A stretch of 48,494 bases of DNA, the filler included, from Catajapyx aquilonaris (Eukaryota): the NCBI GenBank assembly GCA_000934665.2. It is 2 parts of 2 records of this genome, joined end to end, with 100 filler letters (N's around TTAATTAATTAA, not from the genome) between each part and the next. Parts side by side here need not be neighbours in the genome. Positions count along the whole stretch, not along the records: positions 24,306 to 48,494 come from JYFJ02005549.1; 1 more part is not named here. One strand, 5' to 3'. This document shows positions 25,815 through 37,294 of this stretch, piece after piece (the first letter of the stretch is position 1; the number at the start of each line of letters is the position of its first letter). A program made the position numbers and the translations under genes. The notes beneath the pieces are model-generated. The model was given only the letters and a program-made list of their open reading frames with translations. It had not been told where the DNA came from and made no database searches.

Positions 25815-26651
25815 TTAGCCGTAGACATAGAGCCGTGCTTCTGCGGAGACTCCTCCTTCTACCTGGCACCGGTACTTCCCGTTGTCTGACAATCTCGCGT
25901 TTTTGATAACCAGAGCATGCGACGACCACTTTGTCATGTAGTCGGCGAAGCTCGATTTGTCGTCGTAATCAGCACCCGTGGTGTCCAGAGCGTGCGGTAC
26001 TCCATTGCTGTCCAGCTTGGACCAGGTCAGAGAGTCTCCCAAGTGTCTAGTGTTCTCTCCACGTACGACACACACCAAAGCGGTGTCTCCTCCTTCCTGG
26101 ATGTACTCGTCCTGTAGTTCCACTGTGGTTGGTCTGGCACCCACAGCTGATGAAAAAACATCGCCAGACATGAACCTAACACTGTTGTCAATCTATAGAT
26201 CTGTAAAGTACATTACCTTGCACCACGTTGACTTGTATGTCCGAAAACTCTCCGCTTTGTACCTTGCAGCGGTATGTCCCAGCGTCTGACTCTTGAGCGT
26301 TTCTAAACTTGTACGTGAGTGCCCTCAAAGCAAGTACTCTAGGGTACCTAGCTGTAGTAAGCTCGTTGAACGGAATTCTCTCTGGTGTACCACCATCTGG
26401 GTCTAGTTTGAAGAGGGTTGCGTCGCAGGCCTTGTCGCTGTAACTGCGTGCGATGCAGACCAGAGAGCCGCTAGAGGAGCCTGCCTCGATTGACTCTTCC
26501 TTCGGTGCATATGCGAGGATCGGAGTCAGACAACCCGGTTCGGCTGCGGAAATTGATATGGTTTCATTCCACCTCTGTGGGAGATTGGCCAACACTACTC
26601 ACCTGCGTCTGCTACCAGCGGAATAATCAGCAGAAGGAGCAGGATGGCCAT
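25815..26651 (-). CDS. Ig-1: secreted two-Ig-domain protein, subfamily A, 235 aa
   Basis: Exons 26651-26603 (MAILLLLLIIPLVADA), 26543-26217, 26146-25815. GT-AG phase-1 introns, open frame. B-strand Cys and D-x-G-x-Y-x-C in both domains. AATAAA at 25758-25753. Confidence 0.9.
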
Positions 26652-26726
26652 GTTTCTGCGACCGAGGAACAGTGCTTCACGTTGACTGCCAGTGAAACCT
26701 ATGCTGAGAGAGGTATTATTAACAGT

Positions 26727-26735
26727 GCATCCGGT
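26727..26735 (-). promoter_or_regulatory. Conserved ETS-like motif ACCGGATG(C/T) with adjacent AGATA, upstream of Ig genes
   Basis: Same motif at 31603-31611, 42219-42227, 45823-45831 and 47123-47131; variant ACAGGATGT at 25319-25327. It lies in a block conserved between paralog promoters. Confidence 0.5.
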
Positions 26736-27278
26736 GTATGTGGGTGAGATACATATTCGTAAAAATAAATATACAATCACACAGTCAAGTAGATATAAGG
26801 ACGCAGTAGTCCATGTGTTGCATACTGATGGGGAAATACGGAAATATTTTATGTAAGCCTAGATAAGTAGGGGGCATCATGTAAGTGAAGCAGTGGCGTA
26901 ACAACTCGACTATTCGGAAAACCCCAATTCAATTTGGGAGTTTTCCGAATAGCCAGCAAGCAGCAAATAAGTAAGATTTATTTCTCACAAAGTACGACGA
27001 TTTCAGAAAATTCTTCTGGCGCGATTCTCAAGGTTGTCGTTCCGTATATTTTAGCATTTATATCAAAGACATTTGCCAATTCCAGCTATCGTAGATCCCA
27101 AATTTTGTACAAAAATTGGTCCTCGTCTGAAACCGCCAGGAAAAGTCCGAAACCGGATGTCGGCCATCTTGGGTCCAGCGGCCATGCAAAGACGGGAAAA
27201 ATCCCCCCCAAAAATTGTAAAATTCATCGGAGATAAAAACCAGAAGTGTGTTCGGATTCGCACAAGATGGCGAATTAG

Positions 27279-28790
27279 CTACCCCGTGATAGGGCGGTGC
27301 CCTCTTGGGGGGATACAGCACTCGGAGAACAACTAAAAATAGCGTACTAAACAATGTGTGGGTATAATACTGCATGTAAACATACATACATTATCAACAA
27401 CAAGGAAAGTCAAAAGGGAGCGATCCAGATATGATTATTCACGGAGCTCAATCCTTTTTAGTACAGACTCCAAGAAATTGTTTAAATTGTAAGTCAACTC
27501 CTTAGGCAAGGAGACCTGTTGTTGGCGTCAAGGATAAGGAAGAATCGTGTTCTGCAATCACGGAAATTTTTTCAAACAAGTCCCGTAAGAGTAAGATAAA
27601 GGAATGACTGATTCCAAGATGACCTAATTTTTCCAGTAATGTAGCATGCAAAATGGAGTCGAAAGCCCGAGACAGATCAATAAAATACTGAAATCCGTTT
27701 TCCCTCGGGTTTGGATGTGTAACGGTGTATAAGCGGTGCATTGAGCGAAAATATAATATGGTCGAGACAACCCTTACCTGCCCTGAAACCAGCCTGAGTG
27801 TCTGATAACCTGTTATGAGCATCCAGCCATTTGGTTAGGCGTCTGGTGAAAATAGACGTAGCAGATGTTGCCACCAAATCTCAGGGTCAATGAATTGTCT
27901 GCCCACGGCGGGTTAAAATTTTGAAACTGTGTTCCAAAAATATTAACGACTCTTTGGAGTGTAATAATTCGTGAAGTGAGGATCCGTATAATATTTTATT
28001 TTCTTAGCTTTGCACATGTTCCGGTAGGTTTTGCGGGCTGAGACATACAGAAAACGGTCCTTTTCCGAGCTCGTGATTTTCCACTCCTTTAATAGATTCC
28101 TTATATTGCGCTTAAATTCCAACACTGGGGCATCGAACCACGGTGGGTGAGACTTCCTAACGTGGGATGAACCGGGTCGCACTGGGGTAATACAAAAGCC
28201 CATATTCGGTCAGGAGTCGGTGGACTTCATTTTTGAGCTGTAATGCGAGTGGGGCTAATGTATGAATCGGACCGTTATCTATCAAGAAAAGCTGGTCTAA
28301 CTATGGCAGCAAAAAGTCGAAACCTTCGTTTGGGATTATTGTCAGCCGAAGTAGGGAAGAGAAGGGGGGCGCGGGCGGTTCCACTGGTTCGCTGGCCCGA
28401 AAGGAGCCGATAATAATAGGTAGGGGATCGGAAACAATAGAACTAAAAACAAAAAAATCCTAACAACAGGCAAACAAGTCAGCTGATGCAAACATATGAT
28501 ATAATCTATTGTACTTTGACATTGGTGGCTGACGAAGGTATGATTGCTAGGCGAGTCCGATGGCCGTGAGCCGTTCAATATGAGTAGATGCGACTGATCC
28601 AGAAAATTTGAAAGCTTTTTTCCCCTAGAGTTAAGCAATTTATCTAGAGCAATCATATACCTTCATGGGCGGTGGGTTGCGCACCCGCATTATGAGCAGC
28701 TGTTTCATTGGCAATACGGGCATTAAAGTCACCCATCAAGAGGAGGTCAGGAAAACCAGCGAAAATGTTCAATGAATTCGCAACATTCCA
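27279..28790 (-). mobile_element. Degenerate, internally deleted non-LTR retrotransposon (APE endonuclease + RT)
   Basis: Minus-strand motifs LLLMGDFNARI (~28745-28712), LILNG...HTF...STIDYII, PPWFD, QAGFRAGKGCLDHI and FIDLSRAFDSILH..LLEKL. Frameshifts and stops present; 3' tail motif at ~27279-27312. Confidence 0.9.
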
Positions 28791-29129
28791 TGACACCACC
28801 GTTCACCTTGGGTTTTCTCAAAGCTACTGAGGATGGATGGACCTGGGTGACCTCCAGATCGGGCACAAGATAAATGGGAGCTGCAAAAAATGCGCGCACA
28901 CCAACTTTAGGGGGGGGAATAATTACATTCAACTCATCACTGACACTAACACTTGCACTGACCATAAGGGTTTGGGGTGTTCGATGGAATTAGGAGGTGC
29001 TTGGGTCAGACACTGCCCGCTGCGAGTCCCCTGGGTGTCTTCAGACTGGGTAGGAATTCGAAGTAGGTGGTGGGGGCCTTTAGTGGGAGCGGTACAAGTA
29101 AAATGACAGAAAAAACCCGCATTTGATGA

Positions 29130-29675
29130 TAGAAGCAAGCCACTTTGCACACTTGTTCCTAACACCATAAGGTTCAATTTGACCCGCAGTACCCTCAACA
29201 TTTCCACGGAGGATTCAAAATGGCGACCATCTTTTCAAAATGGACGACAATATCGAAAAGTGTTACTTTTTGGGGTACTGATGAATGCGGGGTGTCGATT
29301 CCGCATGATTTAAGGTCGCTAAACTCGAATTTGGCCATACCAAGTTGCCATCTTGAATTATTTCGGCCCCAGAGGCGCCAATTTCTAAAATGGCGGCTTT
29401 TATTGTATTCACCTCAAATTGTCCTAGAAGCGAATGTGATGTGTCGATTCCGGGTAATTTCCACATGCGAAGCTCAAATATGAACTGACCTTGGCGACAT
29501 TTTGTGTCAATTAGGCCCCACAGGCGCTATTTTCCAAGATGGCGGCTGATGTATTCTGTAAACTCGGAACTAGTCGAAGCGGTACACAAAAATATGCTGC
29601 AAAATCTTGCAGAAAGCAAGCCACTTTGCACAGACGTTCCATAGACCAAGACGATCAATTTGACCCGCAGCACCC
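29130..29675. repeat. Unclassified repeat with internal direct repeats and AAAATGGCG/GCCATCTT motifs
   Basis: AAGCAAGCCACTTTGCAC...CAATTTGACCCGCAG.ACCCT at ~29131-29195 and ~29613-29676; GGCCCCA.AGGCGC...ATGGCGGC twice. Confidence 0.55.
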
Positions 29676-30683
29676 TGACCCCTGACCTTGTGGAGCGCTA
29701 ATAAATTATTAGAACGATGTAAACAAGTCAAGGGTGGCACAGTCGCCGCGGTTACGGAACTGGCAGTCAGCGCGGCGCTGCCACATCGTCGCGTTCTTCC
29801 TGCGAGTTCTTATTGTTCATGGAGGGGGGTATTTTTCATCCCAAAGTTTGGCCAAACCAAGACTTCCACACTCGTGCCCTTTCACACACTTGCGGTAATT
29901 CGGCGTAAAAACCTTGTCATGGGCTCGAATCTCACAGGTACCGACATGGAAAGGAGTGATTGCGGGTCAAAATCAAAAACTCTACCTGGCCGCGGCGGGC
30001 GCAAATATCGCCCCAGGAGAAAAATAAGCGCACCATCTCAAAGTGCAACTCTTTCGCGTCGAGATACTCCAGTTTCATGCCGATACCTCCATATTTGCGA
30101 CCGTGACAGCGAGAGGAAGAAGTGTCAAACTCACGGGCCGGCCCGCGACGGGCTCCCCGCAACAATGGATCGCGTAGCCTAGAGCGCGCTCATAAATTCA
30201 GGCCGGACCTTTGCAGTTTCCAATTCACTCATTCTAAGAGGCATCCAAAGTCTGCGCTGCGTCCAAATATGTAGGCCCTACATCGGGTTCAAGAGGATAA
30301 CCAAACAGATCTCCAATGTCAAGTCTCAGACCTTGCTGCCGGTGGTCGGGGGGGGGGGGGGNATGCAGCGCCAATAGATTCTCGGGACAAGGAGATTGGT
30401 CATACTCCGAGGCAGCTACATTTTTACTTTCTTCGTGCCCGTGAACCAAGTCCGGCCAATCTCACTTAGCTTATAGTCTCGAAGAAAGGCTTGGCGTCCA
30501 CCACGATCTCACGACTTTGTACGGCGGAGTGGACAACGCTTGGCTCCCAGACACTATCTCACAGGTTTTTTCGGCCGAGGACTTGGCGCGTTTTTTACGA
30601 GTGCGTTTTTGAGGGGGATACTTTATTCGCCAAGTATACAATCGGTTTGTTTCCAATACCGCGTACTGTTTCTGTAAATCCGA

Positions 30684-31546
30684 TTAGTAGACATAGAGCC
30701 GTGCTTCTGCGTGGACTCCTCCTTCTACCTGGCACCGGTACTTCCCGTTGTCTAACAATCTCGCGTTTTTGATAACCAGAGCATGCGACGACCACTTTGT
30801 CATGTAGTCGGCGAAGCTCGATTTGTCGTCGTAATCAGCACCCGTGGTGTCCAGATCGTGCGGTACTCCATTGCTGTCCAGCTTGGACCAGGTCAGAGAG
30901 TCTCCCAAGTGTCTAGTGTTCTCTCCACGTACGACACACACCAAAGCGGTGTCTCCTCCTTCCTGGATGTACTCGTCCTGTAGTTCCACTATGGTTGGTC
31001 TGGCACCCACAGCTGATGAAAAAACATCGCCAGACATGAACCTAACACTGTTGTCAATCTATAGATCTGTAGAGTACATTACCTTGCACCACGTTGACTT
31101 TTATGTCCGAAAACGCTCCGTTTTCTGCCTTGCAGCGGTATGTCCCAGCGTCTGACTCTTGAGCGTTTCTAAACTTGTACGTGAATGCCCTCAAAGCAAG
31201 TACTCCAGGGTACTTAGCTGTAGTATACTCGTTGAACGGAATTCTCTCTGGTGTTCCTCCATCTGGGTCTAGTTTGAAGAGGGTGGCGATGCAGGCCTTG
31301 TCGCTGTAACTGCGTACAATACAGACCAGAGAGCCGCTAGAGGAGCCTGCCTCGATTGACTCTTCCGTCGGTGCATATGCGATGGTCAGAAGCCGACAAC
31401 CCGGATCGGCTGGAAATTGACATGGTTTCATTGCACCTCTGTAGAGTATAATATAGGTAACGGGAGATCAGCCAAGAGACTGGCCAGCACTACTTACCTG
31501 AGACTGCTACCAGCGGAATAATCAGAAGAAGGAGCATGTTGGCCAT
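30684..31546 (-). CDS. Ig-2: secreted two-Ig-domain protein, subfamily A, 234 aa
   Basis: Exons 31546-31498 (MANMLLLLIIPLVAVS), 31409-31083, 31012-30684. Phase-1 GT-AG introns; recent duplicate of Ig-1. Confidence 0.9.
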
Positions 31547-32234
31547 GTTTCTGCGACCGAAGAACAGTGCTTCAAGTTGCTGACTGCCAGTTGCTGAGCA
31601 GCGCATCCGGTGTATGTCGGTGAGATACATATTCGTAAAAATAAATATACAATCACACAGTCAAGTAGATATACGGACGCAGTAGTCCATATGTTGCATA
31701 CTGATGGGGAAATACAGAAATATTTTATGTAAGCCTAGATAAGTAGGGGACATCCTGTAAGTGAAGCAGTGGCGTAACAACTTGACTATTCGGAAAACCC
31801 CAATTCAATTTGGAAGTTTTCCGAAGTGTCAAGTTGTTACGCCACTTCTTGGAATTGGGAGTTTTCCGAATAGCCAGCAAGCAGCAAATAAGTAAGATTT
31901 ATTTCTCACAAAGTACGACGATTTCAGCAAATTCTTCTGGCGCGATTCTCACGGTTGTCGTTCCATATATTTTAGCAGCTATCAAAGACATTACCACTTC
32001 CAGCTATCGTATAGAGATCCCAAATTTTGTACAAAAATTGGTCCTCGTCTGAAACCGCCAGGAAAAGTCCGAAACCGGATGTCGGCCATCTTGGGTCCAG
32101 ACTGCGGCCATGCAAACACGGAAATAAATCCAATTTCTTTTGTAAGATTCATCGGAGATAAAACCGGAAAGTGTGTTCGGATTCGCATAAGATGGCGAAT
32201 TAGATAGAATGATGTCTTACCGTGTCTTACATTA

Positions 32235-33025
32235 TTTATTTATTTGTTAATTTATTTACCTGCCCCGTGATAGGGAGGTGCCCTGTTGGGGGGGGGGGGG
32301 ACACAACGCTCGGAGAACAACGAAAAATAGAATAAACTATGTGTGGGCATAATACAGTAAACATACATACATTATTATCAACAACAAGAAAAGTAAAAAA
32401 GGAGCGATCCAGATAATTTATACAGAGCTCAGTCCTTTTTAGTACAGACTCCAAGAAATTGTTTGAATGGTAAGTCAACCCCCTTAGGTAAGTTGTTGAA
32501 CAAAAGGTGAAAACGATGTGTAACGGTGTATAAGGGCGGTGAGCGTAAATAAATGGTCGAGACAACCTACCTGCCCTGAAACCCGTCTGAGTCTCTGAAC
32601 CTGTTATGAGCATCCAGCCATTTGGTTAGGCGTCTGGTGAAAATAGACGTAGCAGATGTTTCCACCAAATCTCAGGGTCAATGAATTGTCTGCCCGCGGC
32701 GGGTTTAAATTTTTAAACTGTGTTCCAAAAAAATTTAATTAGTCTTTGGAGTGTAATAATTCGTGAAGTGAAGATCCGTAATATTTTATTTTCTTAGCTT
32801 TGCACATGTTCCGGTAGGTTTTTGCGGGCTGAGACATACAGAAAACTGTCCTTTTCCGAGCTCGTGATTTTCCACTCCTTTAAAAGATTCCAGAGTTAAG
32901 CAATTTATCTAGAGCAATCATATAGCTACCTTCATGGGCGGTAGGTTGCGCACCCGCGCCGCATTACAAGCAGCTGCTTCATAGATTGGCAATACGGGCA
33001 TTAAAGTCACCCATCAAGGGGAGGT
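32235..33025 (-). mobile_element. Second copy of the degenerate LINE with (TAAA)n tail
   Basis: GDFNARI-coding segment at ~32989-33020, TQTGFRAG remnant, and a (ttta)n tail at 32235-32258. Confidence 0.8.
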
Positions 33026-33499
33026 CAGGAAAACTAGCGAAAATGTCCAGTACTGCCCTTTTCAATGAATTCGCAGCATTCCATGACACCACCGTTCACC
33101 TTGGGTTTTCTCAAAGCTACTGGGGATGGATGGACCTGGGTGACCTCCAGATCGGGCACAAGATAAATGGGAGCTGCAAAAAATGCGCGCACACCAACTT
33201 TAGGGAGGGAAATAATTACATTCACCTCATCACTGACACTAACACTTGCACTGACCATAAGGGTTTGGGGTGTTCGATGGAATGAGGAGGTGCTTGGGTC
33301 AGACACTGCCCGCTGCGAGTCCCCTGGGCGTCTTCAGACTGGGTAGGAATTCGAAGTAGGTGGTGGGGGCCTTGTCCCGATGATATGTAGCGACCGTCTT
33401 CTTCTGCTGTAGGCGGTCGAGTGAGGTCTGTTAACTTGGAGTGCAAGGTTGAGCTAGAACAATAAAACATATGCAGGAATTTTGCACCCATTTTGCAAC

Positions 33500-34056
33500 A
33501 TTTTGTACCACCGAAAAAGAGTTTTGCACCCCTATAGTTAGTGAGTTATTAAGGAAACAAATTTGCACTCCAAGTTTACGCTGGAGTGCAAGTCACTCAA
33601 AGTAACGGTTACTTTGGCATGTCAGATTACCCTCATTTTGCTACCTTTTGTACCACCAACATCGAGTTTTGCACCGGTCTCCTTATGCGAAAAAAAAATC
33701 CACTCTAAGTTTCGCGCGGGAGAGGCGGTCATTCAAATTATGATTTTGGGGGAAAAAAAGGTGTTACATATCACTCCAGGTTCACCTTTTTGGTGAATAC
33801 ACTCTAGAATCTGACTCTATGCAGAGTGTGACGAGTTTTGTACCACCAAGAAATAGTTTTGCAACACCTTAACTTCACTTCATTTGGGGATTTTATACAG
33901 CACTCCAACTATAAGCGCTGCCGGGTGTGCTGACCCACAAGAAACGGTTTTTCATCTCTCCAACTTGCATTTTTTGGGGGGTAAATAGAGGCTAGAATCT
34001 GAGTCTACAGAGTGTCGCGAGTTTTGTACCACCAAGAAAGAGTTTTGCACCACCTT
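33500..34056. repeat. Degenerate tandem repeat, ~4 units of 145-190 bp
   Basis: TTTTGTACCACC.A.A...AGTTTTGCA recurs at ~33501, ~33646, ~33835 and ~34022; the last two units also share CTAGAATCTGA.TCTA..CAGAGTGT. Confidence 0.7.
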
Positions 34057-34469
34057 GAATTTACCTCTTTTTGGGGCATGCCTTCAAAAATAATTCCCTT
34101 TTGGGAAGGGTATATTGTTGCTGCTCTTTCCAACGTGTAATATACGTACAGTCAGATCAGGAATCAGTATGAGCTAAAATATTTCACAATGTCAGACAGA
34201 GGAATACAACACAGTGTTGAATCGTAACAAATTCGCCATGTCAACTGTTTCTGGTACCTCAGGGATCGACCCGAAATGACAGAAGCATGCTGTGCCCTAT
34301 ATATTAGGACTATTTATTGTTACAATGCATGAGTGCTGCAACTAGAATGCAATAAATTCTGGTTCTGTTATGGCTACTTTCCCGGATTTATATTTTGTTA
34401 TTGTACATGACATGAGGAGTGGTGAAATCTAAACTCTGGCAACAGTACAAATTGTGTCCTCAGCCAGGA

Positions 34470-37294
34470 TTATTCGATAGGAAGGACACACTGGAAGGCA
34501 GGGAGAGGAGGCCAGTTCTGATCCTGGTCGCAGACTGAATAGGCCAGAGGAAGGCCAGTGGTGCTCTGGAAGGGTTCCCTGCACCTGTACACGGCCATGG
34601 TACCCTCCGAGTGCCGCACATCGTGGCACTGCACCTCCCTTCCACTCGGGGCATGGCAACTCATCTCCATCTCTTCCATCGGAGGAGGAGGAGGGGCCTC
34701 ACAGGCTATCCTGTAAGGAACTGTGGACCAGTGTGGAGACAAGAACACATTGGTGATATCTACACTCTACATCATCAACGCACCTCCTGTTATTTCACAC
34801 ACGGAAAGTAGTCCGGCGTAATGTGGCAATGCGCCAAAGGAATGATGAGCCGGAAAATATGCCACAAAGTGTGAAGGCCCTTCTAGTGATGTTGGGTAAG
34901 TTATTCCCTTTCTCGTGTCGTTCAGCCATTCCCTGCAACAGAAATGATTAGTGTGGACAATCAGACATGGACTTCTGCAGGGGAGGGCCAGATTACTATT
35001 ACAAGATGCTTGAGTCATGACTGGTTCCATCAGTCCATCCCCACTCTTTGGTTAGGTTGTTCTTGGAGAGGCCGATCCAATAAAAGAAAATGCTGTAATG
35101 TCTCATTTCCTCAATCAGCCACTCCTGAAGCGGAAAGTTAGGCTCTTGTTAGCAAGGGCTAATATAATAAACTGTAGCCTACCTCCTACCATCAGTAATT
35201 GAAACGCCTGATTCCAAATAATCTCAGCTCATTGCTCTTGCAGGTCCAGCAAAGAACGGTGGCCAACCACTAAATAAAGGATGTTATTATTTGATCTGTA
35301 AAGTGACACTTTGAAGTCAAATACTCAGCAAATACTGTATTACAGAATAATTATGGCAATACTCTTAACATTTCTCGATGCCGTATTCAAAAACATCCAA
35401 TTTATCAGTTCACCATAATGGAATTAGGTTGTTCCAATTTACTTCGAAGGGCTTTAATTAAGCTTACCTTCTCTTCCTGTGAATTTACAGACACCAAATC
35501 CCCTCCGCTAGCTTTGCATCTCTCTCTGGCTTCAAACCATGTTGTCTTACGAATGGTCTCCAGGTAATAACAACTTGTGGAGCCTTCTCTATTCAGCCAA
35601 TCCCCAGGACACGAGTCATTTCGTATATCTGAAAAATTGAAAATAATGTGCTTGTGGTGAGCAACAGGACGACTCTGCTTAACCCCTTCGCTACCAACTA
35701 GGCCAAAAACGCATCTGCCTTGAGAAACGTGCCAGACGAATTCTCTGGGAGGTGAGAATGACGCCTTTCCGCCTTCCTCTTGCAATAAAATATTAAACAC
35801 TGATGATAGGAAACCAACTCGAATATTATGTAACGTGGATTTAAACAAGCTTTCCAACGATATATGACCGCATTAATTTTCTGGATCATTTCCGTGGGAG
35901 TTATTTTGAGTCAAACACAAGGACCTATATTAAATAAAGTAATAAACGGATAGTAGTTGCTTGCCCCTGACTGTGCCCCTGGCTACTCCTAGCGCCGCAG
36001 CCTTCCACCTGTAAGGTCCCGAGTTCGATCCCCGGATCGGCCAGAGGATACTTATGTGGATAGAGTTTCGATGGGTTGTCAGGACCCTTGACCTGACCCC
36101 CTAGCTAGCTCGCAGGGTGTGGGAATCGAAAATCTAGGCGTTTTCGGCCTAGCTGGTATAGCGAAGGATCCTTATAATATGGACAGTGCTTATGTTCACA
36201 TGAGTGTGAATGCCATTGAAATAGTTTAGGACTTCGTATTCCTACTAAGCAAGACGTGAATGGCACAAATAACCCCCAATCTAAATAATTAGAATGTTAC
36301 CAATAACCAATTTAAGTGGAAAAGTCACCTTTTTCTTTTTCACATACAGACTGCCAAACGATAAGACACTCTGTATTTAGAGCCCGGATGTTGTTGTAAT
36401 AAATCAGCACAAAACCACAATGATCGGTGAAATATCTTCCTGAAGGTTCGACAGTATCCAAGTTCCTGGAATAATTCAAGTTAATTAGTGAGTGTTGGGT
36501 ATACTGCAGGGGACAAGAGGTGCGTACCAATGCGGTGTCTAGTAGTTTGTCTTTCATAGCACTTGTTGTATACGAAACAGTACGCTATACATCGATTCCA
36601 ACATCAAAAATTCTGCATGAGTGAATTATTTGAAGATTTGTATTGCTAGCAGGATCTGTCAGTATGATGCTATCATGTGTATAGGATTAGACTAGGATGC
36701 ATGGTGCGCGATCTGATTTGGTGGCACACAACTGCAACCACATAACAGAAAAAACAACGACACTGTCTTGTATGAACCCATAAGTTGCCTGTGGATACAT
36801 ACAGTGATGGAGATCTTTGAAAGACCCTCCCGTCTATCCATTTCCACTTGTATCCTCCGACACCTGGCGATGTCTCCTCGTACACTGCTCTCATTCCAAT
36901 GAACCAGCCCGCTGGGTTACCCAGGAAGGTGGGATACATATTTGAAGCTATCCAATCCTGCTCAATGAATTTTGTTAGTATACTTCTATTGTTGTGAGCA
37001 TTTCTGTGGAATATTAAGCCTACCCATTCCTTATCAGAGTTCACCACCAGCAGATCACCACCCTTCTCTCGGCACGAGTCGCGAGATTCCTGCCAAGTTC
37101 TTAAGTCGTCCTGGAGCAAGTAGCAAGAGGTTTCGTCTGGAGGAGATATCCAGTCTGCAGGACATCTGGCAGCCAAGGCGCCTGAAGGAAAGGGAGAACA
37201 TTGAACATACTGATCATAACATTTTTTTCATATTCGCATGAGTATTTCCTTTGACCTTACCATAAGCCAGAAGGATGAGTGCAAAGTAGTACAT
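34470..37294 (-). CDS. CTL-A: secreted protein, two C-type lectin-like domains + 6-Cys Sushi/Wonton-like domain, 388 aa
   Basis: Exons 37294-37261 (MYYFALILLAY), 37181-37024, 36957-36803, 36465-36329, 35628-35468, 35124-35003, 34932-34784, 34720-34470. All GT-AG, frame continuous (1167 nt). Motifs CP.DW...SCY, TW.E.R..C...GGDL, WFIGM/WIGL, W.W.DG, VCE. AATAAA at ~34318-34313. Confidence 0.88.
35966..36287 (+). mobile_element. tRNA-derived SINE in intron 4 of CTL-A
   Basis: B-box-like GAGTTCGATCCC at 36021-36032 with a degenerate tRNA-like head and ~250-nt body. This intron is much longer than the matching intron in CTL-B. Boundaries approximate. Confidence 0.65.

Larger units (their letters stand above)
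25749..29080. repeat. Segmental duplication, copy 1 (Ig-1 gene + promoter + LINE remnant)
   Basis: High identity with 30618-33373, from ATACTTTATT to GGTGGGGGCCTT. Confidence 0.92.
30618..33373. repeat. Segmental duplication, copy 2 (Ig-2 gene + promoter + further-deleted LINE remnant)
   Basis: Homologous to 25749-29080; lacks ~0.5 kb of the LINE (about 28100-28625) and part of the RT segment. Confidence 0.92.

Noticed and set aside
29278..29311. Hammerhead-ribozyme-like CTGATGA followed by a hairpin (ATGCGG..CCGCAT)
   Set aside because: The stem is followed by GATTT rather than the required GAAA, and no stems I/III are evident.
33500..34056. CRISPR-like repeat-spacer pattern
   Set aside because: Units are long, degenerate and share inter-repeat sequence; eukaryotic context with no cas genes.
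34767..35030. CTL-A as a frameshifted pseudogene lacking its second WIGL exon
   Set aside because: An exon not shown in the ORF track (35124-35003, EWLIEEMRHYSIFFYWIGL...WGWTDG) restores the frame and the domain.
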